Below are positions 27,806 through 37,415 of a stretch of DNA of 64,000 nt, in pieces. The position numbers and the translations under genes are program-made. Below the pieces are notes generated by a model. That model worked only from the letters and a program-made list of their open reading frames with translations. It was not told the origin of the DNA and made no database searches. How positions within the stretch are numbered: position 1 is the first letter of the stretch; every line of letters begins with the position of its first letter. Source of the stretch: Flammeovirgaceae bacterium (GTDB lineage Bacteria; Bacteroidota; Bacteroidia; Cytophagales; Cyclobacteriaceae); assembly GCA_038129245.1 (NCBI GenBank), contig JAYPLE010000010.1, positions 1,521 to 65,520 of the forward strand, read 5' to 3'.

Positions 27806-28773
27806 ATACTCAAGACATTTACCATTCTCATTAAATCATCATTAATTGGTTTAGACTTAGAAATAGCTAACTTAAAACTAGTGTAGGTGATCTTATCATT
27901 TATGATGCCGACCATTACGTTCTTTTGATCATTGATCAAGCCCTCTACGGCAGACATTCCAAGCCTGGAGGCAAGAATTCTGTCAAACGAAGTAGGGGAT
28001 CCGCCTCGTTGAATATGACCAAGGTTTGAAACCCGAATATCAAGGTCAGGTAATTCATTCATCACCTTTGCTGCGATTTCGTGTGCATTGCCTTGCTCAT
28101 CACCTTCAGCAACAACTATGATAGAAGAGGTTTTTTGACGGTCTCTTCCTTCTTTTAACGTATTGATAACATCATTTATAGTAGTAGAAGTTTCGGGAAC
28201 CATAACCAGCTCTGCGCCACCACCAATTCCACTGTGAATGGCAATATAACCAGAGTGCCTTCCCATCACTTCAACGAAGAAAACTCGGTCGTGAGAATTC
28301 GCAGTATCTCTGATTTTGTCTATCGCATCTAATGCAGTATTTACAGCAGTATCAAAACCTATTGTATAATCGGATCCGTACAGGTCGTTGTCGATGGTGC
28401 CGGGTGCACCGACAATGGGAATACCGTATTCTTCAAAAAAGATGTTAGCTCCGGTAAACGTTCCATCTCCTCCGACAGCAATTAAGCCTTCAATTCCTCT
28501 CTTTTGCAATTGCTCATAGGCTTTCTTCCGTCCTTCCTTGGTCATAAACTCTTTGCTTCGCGCAGACTTAAGGATCGTTCCGCCTCTTTGTACAATATTA
28601 CTGACCGAGTAGGATTTCATCTTGTAGATGTCTCCTTCGATCATGCCATTATAGCCATATTTGATACCGTAAACATCGAGCCCCAAATAAAGCGCGTTTC
28701 TTACTACAGATCGCACGCAGGCGTTCATGCCAGGCGCGTCCCCTCCCGAAGTAAAAACTCCTATACTTTTCAT
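27802..28773 (-). CDS. pfkA: ATP-dependent 6-phosphofructokinase
   Basis: GVFTSGGDAPGMNA, GGDGT, PGTIDND and MGRHSGYIA motifs. Confidence 0.95.
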   Translation of the reverse strand: MKSIGVFTSGGDAPGMNACVRSVVRNALYLGLDVYGIKYGYNGMIEGDIYKMKSYSVSNIVQRGGTILKSARSKEFMTKEGRKKAYEQLQKRGIEGLIAVGGDGTFTGANIFFEEYGIPIVGAPGTIDNDLYGSDYTIGFDTAVNTALDAIDKIRDTANSHDRVFFVEVMGRHSGYIAIHSGIGGGAELVMVPETSTTINDVINTLKEGRDRQKTSSIIVVAEGDEQGNAHEIAAKVMNELPDLDIRVSNLGHIQRGGSPTSFDRILASRLGMSAVEGLINDQKNVMVGIINDKITYTSFKLAISKSKPINDDLMRMVNVLSI

Positions 28774-28911
28774 ACTTATGTTTGTTGTCTTTTAGGTTTG
28801 GGCTCTATGTTATTTTTTGCTGGGCAAATAAAAGGAAATTTATCGTGAAAGGGTAATAGTGAATATGAACTCCGAGAGAAACATATAAGCAATCTATTGT
28901 AAAGTATATTA

Positions 28912-30276
28912 TTACATCGTTACCATTAATTCTGCTATGCTGAGGTCATGCTCTGAAAATATACCATGCGCAGATTTTTGATCTACAACCATATGTCCAA
29001 TCTGTCCACAAATTACCTCTTTATGTTTCTTAAATGATTCAACTAGGACGGCATTTATTCCACCTACTTGTTTGAATAATGCTTCCCTCTCCAATTTTGT
29101 GTACTTATCTCGGTTCATTATTGCATGTAATCCATCTCCATGGTGCTGATAAAAGACGGAACTATCAGCTCTAACTGCTAGTAGGGAATCAGAATTAAAT
29201 AATAGTAATGTATTGACCGCATCGTCAATCTTTGCCGGGGAAACAAAAGGATATTCTACTGTTAGGACCACAATGGCAGTCATTTTGTCTTCCTTGATAC
29301 TTTCCAGCTCAAGAACCTCTGAAATAACAGGATTTAATGTTGTATTGAATCTGGCTAATTGCTTATTTCGATGATGAAAGATGATTTCTTTTTCTGCTGA
29401 ATCGACTTTTTCAATGATATCGCCAACGCTCGAGTTAGGTGATGTTACCACCACCTTCTTAATGTTTTCTGATGCTAAAGCGGCCGTGATTTTTCTTTCA
29501 AGTAGAGTAACTCCTCCAAGTGAAATAAAAGCATGATCATTCTCTGTTCCTCTCACTGGGATGACAGCTATTGAATCAGAATGGTAATTTTGGCTCTTCA
29601 CATAATTTGAGTTGATCTTTGCTCTCGTCTCCAGAATCCGATCTTCACTCTTAGTTAAGTTTTTACCGTGCTGTCTGTAATAAAAAAGAGGCTCTGAGTA
29701 GTTAGTGACTTTATAATGACTTATAAATTTCACCCACAGTTCGTATCCATCCTGGCAATTATAACTTTCATTATATCCACCAACAGCGACTAAATTATCT
29801 TTTCTAATTAAAGTACAGGCTCCATGGGCTGGCTGGTCGAATAGTGTTACTTCGTTATCAAAATCATGTCTTTTCTCTTGTCCAATTATTTCTCCAATCT
29901 CATTCACATAGTAATAATCTGGGAAGATTAACCCCAATTCGCTATTTGACTCTAGTTCACTTACCATTTTTTCTACAGCGGATGGATCTAAAAAATCGTC
30001 TGCATCGAGTCTCATAATGTACTTTCCATCTGATGCTCTAATGGCGACATTATTGGTCACATTTAAACCCTTATTTTGCTGATAGATTATCTTAATATTA
30101 TCATTTCTACTGTAATTCTCGATTGTATTTTTCGAATCATCGGTAGAACCATCGTCTATGATAATGATCTCAAGATTATTGTAGGTTTGATTTAACACGC
30201 TATCAATAGCTTCCTGTATATATTGGCCATAATTATAATTTGTTATGTATACCGTAACCAGTGGGTTGGGTGTCAT
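28912..30276 (-). CDS. bifunctional-looking protein: N-terminal family-2 glycosyltransferase fused to a C-terminal cytidylyltransferase-like (NeuA/KdsB-fold) domain
   Basis: N-terminus VYITNYNYGQYIQEAIDSVLNQTYNNLEIIIIDDGSTDDS and RLDADD are GT2 motifs. From about residue 235, IAVIPVRGTENDHAFISLGGVTLLERKI ... VVVTSP resembles acylneuraminate/CMP-sugar cytidylyltransferases, but without the usual GSKG..KN loop. Confidence 0.65.
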   Translation of the reverse strand: MTPNPLVTVYITNYNYGQYIQEAIDSVLNQTYNNLEIIIIDDGSTDDSKNTIENYSRNDNIKIIYQQNKGLNVTNNVAIRASDGKYIMRLDADDFLDPSAVEKMVSELESNSELGLIFPDYYYVNEIGEIIGQEKRHDFDNEVTLFDQPAHGACTLIRKDNLVAVGGYNESYNCQDGYELWVKFISHYKVTNYSEPLFYYRQHGKNLTKSEDRILETRAKINSNYVKSQNYHSDSIAVIPVRGTENDHAFISLGGVTLLERKITAALASENIKKVVVTSPNSSVGDIIEKVDSAEKEIIFHHRNKQLARFNTTLNPVISEVLELESIKEDKMTAIVVLTVEYPFVSPAKIDDAVNTLLLFNSDSLLAVRADSSVFYQHHGDGLHAIMNRDKYTKLEREALFKQVGGINAVLVESFKKHKEVICGQIGHMVVDQKSAHGIFSEHDLSIAELMVTM

Positions 30277-30899
30277 GATCTTTCCTTTATCTCTTTCGCA
30301 GGCACCCCTGCCAGTATTGAGTTTTCTTTTTCTGGTGATTTGGTGACAACTGCATTACTGCCGACAACCGTTCCATTTGGTAATTGGATGCCGGGCATTA
30401 TCACGGCATGTGCACCTAGCCAGGAGTCTTTTCCAATTGAGATGGGTTGATGACTGTAGCCTTGATCAATAATTGATTTGTTTGTTTTATGGTTATGCAT
30501 GCTGCTTTGCAAATACACAAACCCTGATATCAATGTGTTCTCTCCAATGATGATATCATCTCCTCCATTTAGAACTGTATTCAAGCCAAGTCTAGAATTA
30601 TCACCAATTTCTACAGTTGCTTTATTATTTGCAAGTAGCCTTATGGCTTTATCCAGTCGAGTGTTATTACCAATTGAGATAAATGAATTCTTATGTGCTC
30701 TGATTTCGACATTTCTCCTTAAATAGACATTATCCCCAAAGCTTATTTTTGCTGATCGATCAATCATAATTCTTGGGATTCCTTCACATTTGAAGTTTTT
30801 CCCAAAACTCAAGTTTTTACCTCCATACAGAATTCGGGTAACCCGACCCAGTAAATCGGGCGCAAGTCTTCTGATTATATATTGTGTAACGGGTAGCAA
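30273..30899 (-). CDS. left-handed beta-helix (hexapeptide-repeat) acyltransferase
   Basis: 208 aa with imperfect [LIV]-G-x4 hexapeptide repeats (IGDNSRLGLNTVLNGGDDIIIGENTLI; IGKDSWLGAHAVIMPG), of the WcaF/LacA/sugar O-acetyltransferase type. Confidence 0.75.
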   Translation of the reverse strand: MLPVTQYIIRRLAPDLLGRVTRILYGGKNLSFGKNFKCEGIPRIMIDRSAKISFGDNVYLRRNVEIRAHKNSFISIGNNTRLDKAIRLLANNKATVEIGDNSRLGLNTVLNGGDDIIIGENTLISGFVYLQSSMHNHKTNKSIIDQGYSHQPISIGKDSWLGAHAVIMPGIQLPNGTVVGSNAVVTKSPEKENSILAGVPAKEIKERS

Positions 30900-30902
30900 T
30901 TT

Positions 30903-31931
30903 TTATTCGAAATGATGAAAGTTTAGAACCTGATGTTTAGCAAGGTCTGCTTTGGCTTTTTTACCCACAACCTTATAGAAGTCAACGGCGGAAATGCCAT
31001 GATCGGGCCTCAATGCAACCAAATCGTTTTCTTTTATAATGGAATTAGCTTTGATGTCTCGCGCAGGATATACACCTCTTCTAAAAGTCACTACATGATC
31101 TCCCTCTACAGGCAAGGGCCTTTTCTTATCAGATCCTTGCAAGCTGCGTATGTTCGCTATTTTTGAAATAAGTGCCTTGACTTCGTCTCTAGTTAGAGAA
31201 ACTTTATGATCTCTGAATTCTTTGCCTTCACGGGAATCTGTAAAATGAAATTCTAATATCTCTGCACCCATGGCGACAGCTGTTTCCAATGCTTCTGATC
31301 CCTCTGTATGGTCAGAATAGCCTACTGAGCAATTTGTTTTTGCTTTCAAGCTATTCATCACATTGAGGTTTGCGTCTTTGAAGGGGATTGGATACATGCT
31401 GGTGCATTGAAGTATTGCAAGTTTTCGTTCAGTTATGTAAGACTTATCTAATGAAGAAATGAAATCAACGCAGTCAATTACTTCTTTTTCGGATGCAAGT
31501 CCAGTGGATAATAAAAGAGGTTTCTTTGTTTTTATTGTTTCCGCAATTATTGGGTATGCTGTCAAATCACCGCTTCCAATTTTATAGAAATCCATGAAAG
31601 GGTCGATCCATTCTATTGCCTCAGTGATCCATACCGAAGCCAAATAGCCAGCTCCCTTTTCCTTACATAGTTGCGCAAGTTCTACGTGTTGTTCTTTGCT
31701 GAGCTCAAACTTTTTGAAATGCTTATTTCTAACAGCACCTTCCATAGGGTTGACTAGTCCGTCTCCAGTATAAATTTGAAACTTTACATAATCAGCACCG
31801 GATTCAAGAGCTAATTCAGTTAATCGTTTGGCATATTCAAAATCACCTTCGTGATTCCCACCAATTTCAGCGATAAGCATAGGTCCATACCGACCTCTCC
31901 AAATACTTTCAGGCATATCTATTTGCAACAT
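30903..31931 (-). CDS. NeuB-family nonulosonic acid synthase (N-acetylneuraminate/legionaminate/pseudaminate synthase-like; SpsE-like)
   Basis: MLIAEIGGNHEGDFEYAKRL..GADYVKFQ is the NeuB TIM-barrel N-terminus. A C-terminal SAF-like domain is present (VTFRRGVYPARDIKANSIIKENDLVALRP). The sugar specificity cannot be told from the sequence by eye. Confidence 0.8.
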   Translation of the reverse strand: MLQIDMPESIWRGRYGPMLIAEIGGNHEGDFEYAKRLTELALESGADYVKFQIYTGDGLVNPMEGAVRNKHFKKFELSKEQHVELAQLCKEKGAGYLASVWITEAIEWIDPFMDFYKIGSGDLTAYPIIAETIKTKKPLLLSTGLASEKEVIDCVDFISSLDKSYITERKLAILQCTSMYPIPFKDANLNVMNSLKAKTNCSVGYSDHTEGSEALETAVAMGAEILEFHFTDSREGKEFRDHKVSLTRDEVKALISKIANIRSLQGSDKKRPLPVEGDHVVTFRRGVYPARDIKANSIIKENDLVALRPDHGISAVDFYKVVGKKAKADLAKHQVLNFHHFE

Positions 31932-32601
31932 TTGAGATCTCTTGCCAAGTGGTTTGGAGTTTTAATCCTTTAATTTCATCAATAATCCACTTGGCTTTCT
32001 TAAAGTCCTCTTCAGTATCTAAAGCAAGTTTAGTTCCTTTCGCTGTTTCCAGCGAATGATTGTAAAAGAACCGTTTTTTGACAAGGTCGATATTTTCATA
32101 AAAGAACAATGTGACATGTTCCTGCCAATCTGCTCGTTCGCTGATCTTATTAAAATAGTGCTTGTAGGTACTAGTCTTTACTAGTTCTACACTCATTCCT
32201 GTAGGATAAGTCCTGCCTTCAACGTTACTTATGAAATCGTAATTACCTTTTGATATAAGTTCAATTCCTTGGTCGATTAATCGGTAATCTGTGAATATAT
32301 TATCCCCATTTACTCTGACAGCCCAGTCAAGTTTGTATGCATTGGCACATGCTAAAAATCTTTCACTTACATTATTCAGGCTACCTCTAAAATAGTTGAC
32401 CTCTTCATTTTTACAATACTCAACAATGGGGTCATCTGAAGACTGATCAGATGTGCAGACGATAATTTGATCTGCTTTTGTGGATGCCTTGAGTCGATTT
32501 AGGATAATCTCCAATACAGGTTGACCGTTTATTTCTTTTAAAATTTTTCCTGGTAATCTATTGGAGTTATACCTACACAGAAGGACGATGCCTATTTTCA
32601 T
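31909..32601 (-). CDS. SpsF-like cytidylyltransferase (CMP-sugar synthetase homolog)
   Basis: MKIGIVLLCRYNSNRLPGKILKEINGQPVLE resembles the N-terminus of SpsF/COG1861 cytidylyltransferases. It overlaps the NeuB-like gene by 23 nt. Confidence 0.7.
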   Translation of the reverse strand: MKIGIVLLCRYNSNRLPGKILKEINGQPVLEIILNRLKASTKADQIIVCTSDQSSDDPIVEYCKNEEVNYFRGSLNNVSERFLACANAYKLDWAVRVNGDNIFTDYRLIDQGIELISKGNYDFISNVEGRTYPTGMSVELVKTSTYKHYFNKISERADWQEHVTLFFYENIDLVKKRFFYNHSLETAKGTKLALDTEEDFKKAKWIIDEIKGLKLQTTWQEISNVANRYA

Positions 32602-33149
32602 TTTCTATCACCAAGCTTTTTAGCAGGAATTCCTCCCCATATTTCATTTTCACCAACATTGGTGTTCAAAATTGCGCCTGCAGCAATGACCGCACCGTCA
32701 GCAATGGATACACCTTTTAAAATCTTTGAACCAGTTCCTAACCAAACATCATTTCCAATTACGATGGGAGCTGTTTTGTTAGGTTGTTCATTTATAAGTG
32801 TTCCTTTTTGGATTTCATGGTCGCTATCAACTATATACACAAAAGGAGCAATAAGGCAATTCTTTCCAACCTTTATGCTATTCGAAGAGAATAGAAATGT
32901 ATGAAAACCTACGGTTGTGTTTTCTCCAATCTCAATTTTTGCATTCTCATTGCAGGCACACATTCTTACTCCCTCTTTCAGAACCACATTTCCTTCTATA
33001 CTTACATTTTTAGGATAACGTTGTATTTCTACATTTTTATCCACAAAAACGCCTGGTCCAAGAAAGAACAATTTAGATCTCAACCTGAAAGTTCTCCACC
33101 GATGTTTCCATGTTGGCTTTAGATGTTTTCTCAGCTGTATGTTTTTCAT
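32598..33149 (-). CDS. left-handed beta-helix (hexapeptide-repeat) acyltransferase, paralog-like of 30273..30899
   Basis: 183 aa with hexapeptide repeats (IGENTTVGFHTFLF; IGNDVWLGTGSKILKGVSIADGAVIAAGA) and a C-terminal GIPAKKL like its neighbour. Confidence 0.75.
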   Translation of the reverse strand: MKNIQLRKHLKPTWKHRWRTFRLRSKLFFLGPGVFVDKNVEIQRYPKNVSIEGNVVLKEGVRMCACNENAKIEIGENTTVGFHTFLFSSNSIKVGKNCLIAPFVYIVDSDHEIQKGTLINEQPNKTAPIVIGNDVWLGTGSKILKGVSIADGAVIAAGAILNTNVGENEIWGGIPAKKLGDRK

Positions 33150-34069
33150 TTGCTAAGTTCTCGTTTCTCAAAAGCATCGATATATGAATCGAGCGTCAAG
33201 TTTATTATCTCTACGTTCTTACTTTCGGCGTACGACTTCAAGTCCCAGTACGACTCAAAAGAGACCATGAATTTATGAAGAACCTCGTGAAGTTTTCTTT
33301 TATTCTTAGATGTCCCTTTATACATCGCCTGAGGAGTCGCTTTGTTCTTGTCAGTCTTTTCTTTTTCGGCTTGCTTGTCATAGAAATGCTTCTGAGTAAG
33401 TAGTACTTCATTTTGAGGTGAAACCGAGAGGTCTTTTAGCCAGCTGTGATCAGAACCGGTAATGTATATTGATTTAAAGCCGAATTTTATACCAAACCAA
33501 ATAGCGGGAATCAATACATTGTGAGGTCTTGGAATTCCAAAGTTGTGGCTGTAAAGCAAATGCGTTAACCTTCTAAAACCGTCTACTGGGGTATTATTGA
33601 TGTAATAAATAGAAATGTGTGGGTGCCGGTTAAAGTACTTTTTCACCAATGGATGGCCTTTAGCAATGGCGGGGAGCATAAGGGTCATTTCCCATTTAGT
33701 GGTATCCTTGATTAATTGCAATGTAAGCTCCCGATCATCGGCCCAGTCTTTTTTCTCTTCAACTCTGAAGTACTCAGGGGAAATGATTACGTAGAAATCA
33801 GGTTGTATTACTTGATACTCTTTTGTACGTGCAAAATAATTCACAGCTATCTTGGAGCAAGAGGAGAGTCTTTCTTGATGCTCATTTAAGAACTTGTTAA
33901 GCGAGGGCCCATTTCCCAAAATGTATAATTCTTTTTTTGAATTAACCGGTTTGCGATTTGGAAGAAAAAATTTACTCATGACAGCTACCCTGATCAAGGA
34001 AAGTAAACTTTTTACTATCTGCAATGTGAAATCGCGGATTAGAACAATAAGTGCAGTTTTTGTATCCAT
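33146..34069 (-). CDS. uncharacterised protein, candidate Cst-II (GT42)/DUF115-like nonulosonate transferase
   Basis: 307 aa. YILGNGPSLNKF near the N-terminus and FKSIYITGSDHSW later parallel the AGNGPSL and YLSGIDFY regions that I recall from Campylobacter Cst-II and DUF115/Maf proteins. Pattern-level only. An alternative ATG lies at 33979. Confidence 0.4.
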   Translation of the reverse strand: MDTKTALIVLIRDFTLQIVKSLLSLIRVAVMSKFFLPNRKPVNSKKELYILGNGPSLNKFLNEHQERLSSCSKIAVNYFARTKEYQVIQPDFYVIISPEYFRVEEKKDWADDRELTLQLIKDTTKWEMTLMLPAIAKGHPLVKKYFNRHPHISIYYINNTPVDGFRRLTHLLYSHNFGIPRPHNVLIPAIWFGIKFGFKSIYITGSDHSWLKDLSVSPQNEVLLTQKHFYDKQAEKEKTDKNKATPQAMYKGTSKNKRKLHEVLHKFMVSFESYWDLKSYAESKNVEIINLTLDSYIDAFEKRELSK

Positions 34070-34960
34070 TTACTCGATCAAACCTTTTGCTACCCAATAC
34101 CTAAATTTAATGAGCATCCATGCAGCGCTGACTCGAAATCGTATCAAATATCCAAAGGCTAATACTAGTGATCCTCCAAATTTGACAATTTCTTCCAGCC
34201 ACTTTTTGACAATCCCATTTCGGTCCAATCTCCTTTTTTCACTACTTCCCACGCCTAAAGCCAACCCTTTCACATAGGACTCTGTAGTTCTATTTTCTCC
34301 AATAATGTGCTCTACACAAATGCTAGGGTGGTACTCAAGTCTCATTTTAAGTTTCTTCATGCGTAAAAAGACTTCCTTCTCGTCTCCACCTTCTAAACCA
34401 CTTATTCCGCGTCTTCCGAGCGTCACATCAAAGTTTCCTATTTCATCAAATACAGATTTTCTAAAAGCCATGTTAGCTCCAATTGGGTGCTTGGTACCTT
34501 TAAACTCTTTTACGGTCTCACCCATATCAAGTGCAGAAACTAGCGGTAGGAGGTAACGAGACATCCATGAAGGCTTTTTTCCAGCTTCATAGATAGGATT
34601 TATCTTCCCTCCAATGGCCTGAACATTTGATTGTTTGAAGGCATTTTTTATTTCGCTGACGTAGTCTTTATGAACAAACGCGTCATCATCTACAAAAGAG
34701 AGGATTTCACCTTTACTTCTTTCAATGCCTGCATTTCGAGCATATGTATGCCCTTGTTTCATTTCAAGATGATAGGTAATATTGAGATTTGTATTTCGCT
34801 CTATGAAAGTATGACATAAACGCTCAGTGTCGTCAGGACTATTATTGTTTATGATTACGATTTCGTACTTAGCCGGTGCTGCGTTTTGATCTGCTAAATG
34901 ATCTAGACAGTTTTTAAGGTATTTTTCACGATTGAACGTACATACAATAACGGAGATCAT
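34070..34960 (-). CDS. family-2 glycosyltransferase
   Basis: MISVIVCTFNREKYLKNCLDHL, IINNNSPDDT and FVDDDA are GT2 (GT-A) motifs. The C-terminal segment is hydrophobic. 4-nt overlap with the upstream YfhO-like gene. Confidence 0.85.
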   Translation of the reverse strand: MISVIVCTFNREKYLKNCLDHLADQNAAPAKYEIVIINNNSPDDTERLCHTFIERNTNLNITYHLEMKQGHTYARNAGIERSKGEILSFVDDDAFVHKDYVSEIKNAFKQSNVQAIGGKINPIYEAGKKPSWMSRYLLPLVSALDMGETVKEFKGTKHPIGANMAFRKSVFDEIGNFDVTLGRRGISGLEGGDEKEVFLRMKKLKMRLEYHPSICVEHIIGENRTTESYVKGLALGVGSSEKRRLDRNGIVKKWLEEIVKFGGSLVLAFGYLIRFRVSAAWMLIKFRYWVAKGLIE

Positions 34961-37407
34961 GCCGATTCAGAAAGGGATCTATAGATTCCAAAGCCGAACG
35001 TCCCGAGCATTAATACTGACATTATCAGGGTTATGAGATTGCCAATTCGATAAGAAATCGGGTCGAATGTGAAAATGATTTCATGCTGACCTGCAGGAAC
35101 CTCTATTGCTCTCAGTACATAGTTGGCCTGTAATATTTCAGTTTCAACACCGTCTATTGTTGCTGTCCAACCTGCAGGGTAGTAGATCTCTGAGAAAACT
35201 GCCAAACCTCCAGCATCGCTTTCCGATTTGTAAATCATCTTCTTTGGATCATATTCCAACAGTTCAATCGTTCCGGTTCCTTCATAATCAGATTTTAGAT
35301 TACCAAACTTAGATTCATTGATGACTACCTCATTTTTACTTGTAAGCTCAGTGAGTATCCTGATCTCTTCATCGGCATTAGAGGCTTTTTTTACTAGATT
35401 GACGAACCAAGCATTTCCTAGTGCAGAAGGGTTTGCTATGATATTTTCCTTTGATGGACCATATTTTAAGAATTGCGCATTGAGCATATTAATTATGTAA
35501 TAGGAATCAAGGCCACTTTGCCCATTTTGAAGCGCTCCAATCATTGCACTCAATTGTGGGGTTATCCCGTATGAAATTAGCTCATTATACCTCTTCATTT
35601 TGGCACCATGGTATCCACCGATAGAACTATGAAAATTCGAGGTATAAGCTTCGTTGAACGGGTCTTGCAAGTTTAGGACTCGATAATGCGTGTCGTCTGC
35701 AATTCTTTTGATTTCTAAATCAGCTGCACTGGCAGAAATACTATGTTTTTTTGATCCCCTGATGTATTTAGCATCATCAAAAAATCGTTTTCCGACCATG
35801 ATAAAGTCTGAAGCCATGAATAGCACAAGCACAGATCCAAAGACAAGATGATTGATTTTTCCTTTTATAAGCAACCATATAACTCCTAAAGCTAAAGCAA
35901 CAAATAAAATGGACCGGAAGCCGTCAGAGGTGAGCATTGCTTTTCGGTCTAGTTTGATCGCAGCTAGATACCAATCCGGTAATTGAGTAAGTCGATTGTC
36001 AATTGCTCCTGAAAAGTCGAATAAAACACCCGAAAAAAACGCTACGAAAGCACATAATCCTGCAACAACGCCACCTGAGATGAGCAAAGTTCTTTGTTTA
36101 TTTTCATTTTCATCCTTTAGGAATCTATCCAAGCCTAGAATACCCAGAAGAGGGAGTGATAGTAGTAGCATCACCATCGCCATTGATACTGAGCGGAACT
36201 TATTGTACGCAGGGAAATAATCGTACAGCAGAAAATTAAAAGCTTCAAAGTTTTTTCCCCATGATAGTACAAGTCCAATTCCAGCGGCAATGAGGAGCCA
36301 ATTACGAGTGGGCTTCTCTACATAAAACCAGGCCAGGACAACAAAAAATAAGATGATTGCTCCGACATAACTTGGTCCGGCAACACTGGGTTGATCTCCC
36401 CAATAGGTAGGTACTCTTGCTATCTGTTCCCTTATTTGGGCTGGTCCCATGCCTTTTCCTGATAGTGCTTCACCTAGATTTGAACCTAAATCAAGTGCCA
36501 TAACACTGGCTCCTCCAGAGAAATTAGGCATCAACAGGGTAAGTGACTCCTTAACACCATAGCTCCAATTAAAAACATAGTTTCGCTCTAAGCCAGATTG
36601 TTGATAGGTTCCCGTTGTTGCTGAAGTTAGCTCTGATTTTCCTCTTGTAGAAAAACTGCTATACTCCATTGTGGTCCATAACCTGGCGGCATTTGCTCCA
36701 ACTCCTAGAATGACTGCCAGAAGAAGTGCAGCAACATTTTTCCCGAACACATTCCAGCTTTTTTCTTTTACGGTTTTAATGAGCTCGATAACACCGAATA
36801 TCAATAAGCATAAGAAAAGGTAGTAAGTGATTTGAAGATGATTAGCATATAACTCTAATGCTACAGCAAGGCTTAGTGTGCCTATGGATAGCCAGCTGTT
36901 TTTATGACTAAAAATCATTTTAACTCCAGCAACCACAAGTGGCATATAGGCAATCGCTCTAACTTTCCAAATGTGTCCTGCCTCGACGCTAACCAGATTG
37001 AACGTATTAAAACTGTAAGCTACCGCACCCGCCACAGCTAAAAGAGGATGGACTCTAAAAGAGATCAGCAGAACATAAAAGCAGAGGTACGCCAGAAATA
37101 TAACCTGCGCAGTTGAAGGCATTCCAAGGGAGATCAATCGATGCACGTACTTTATCAACTCACCACTATAAGAAATATTGATAAGATAGGTTGGCATTCC
37201 GCTGAACATACTATTGGTCCAAAGTGCCTCTTCACCTCTGGATTCTCGGTATTGTTTAGCTTCTTCACCTGCTCCAACACCCTGGAAAATATCATTCTGA
37301 TCGATAATCTTATTTTCAAAGAATAACGGGGAAAAGAATATAATAACTAACATCGCTCCAAAAGCGATGGCAAGAAGGTGCGGTAAGGCTTCTTTTAAAA
37401 TTTTCAT
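34957..37407 (-). CDS. YfhO-family polytopic membrane protein (GT-C-like glycosyltransferase)
   Basis: 816 aa with about 12 or more TM helices in the first ~520 aa, then a soluble C-terminal domain and a terminal TM. The N-terminus (DIFQGVGAGEEAKQYRE..ALWTNSMFSGMPTY) resembles Bacteroidota YfhO-family proteins. Confidence 0.65.
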   Translation of the reverse strand: MKILKEALPHLLAIAFGAMLVIIFFSPLFFENKIIDQNDIFQGVGAGEEAKQYRESRGEEALWTNSMFSGMPTYLINISYSGELIKYVHRLISLGMPSTAQVIFLAYLCFYVLLISFRVHPLLAVAGAVAYSFNTFNLVSVEAGHIWKVRAIAYMPLVVAGVKMIFSHKNSWLSIGTLSLAVALELYANHLQITYYLFLCLLIFGVIELIKTVKEKSWNVFGKNVAALLLAVILGVGANAARLWTTMEYSSFSTRGKSELTSATTGTYQQSGLERNYVFNWSYGVKESLTLLMPNFSGGASVMALDLGSNLGEALSGKGMGPAQIREQIARVPTYWGDQPSVAGPSYVGAIILFFVVLAWFYVEKPTRNWLLIAAGIGLVLSWGKNFEAFNFLLYDYFPAYNKFRSVSMAMVMLLLSLPLLGILGLDRFLKDENENKQRTLLISGGVVAGLCAFVAFFSGVLFDFSGAIDNRLTQLPDWYLAAIKLDRKAMLTSDGFRSILFVALALGVIWLLIKGKINHLVFGSVLVLFMASDFIMVGKRFFDDAKYIRGSKKHSISASAADLEIKRIADDTHYRVLNLQDPFNEAYTSNFHSSIGGYHGAKMKRYNELISYGITPQLSAMIGALQNGQSGLDSYYIINMLNAQFLKYGPSKENIIANPSALGNAWFVNLVKKASNADEEIRILTELTSKNEVVINESKFGNLKSDYEGTGTIELLEYDPKKMIYKSESDAGGLAVFSEIYYPAGWTATIDGVETEILQANYVLRAIEVPAGQHEIIFTFDPISYRIGNLITLIMSVLMLGTFGFGIYRSLSESA

Positions 37408-37415
37408 TGAGAAAT

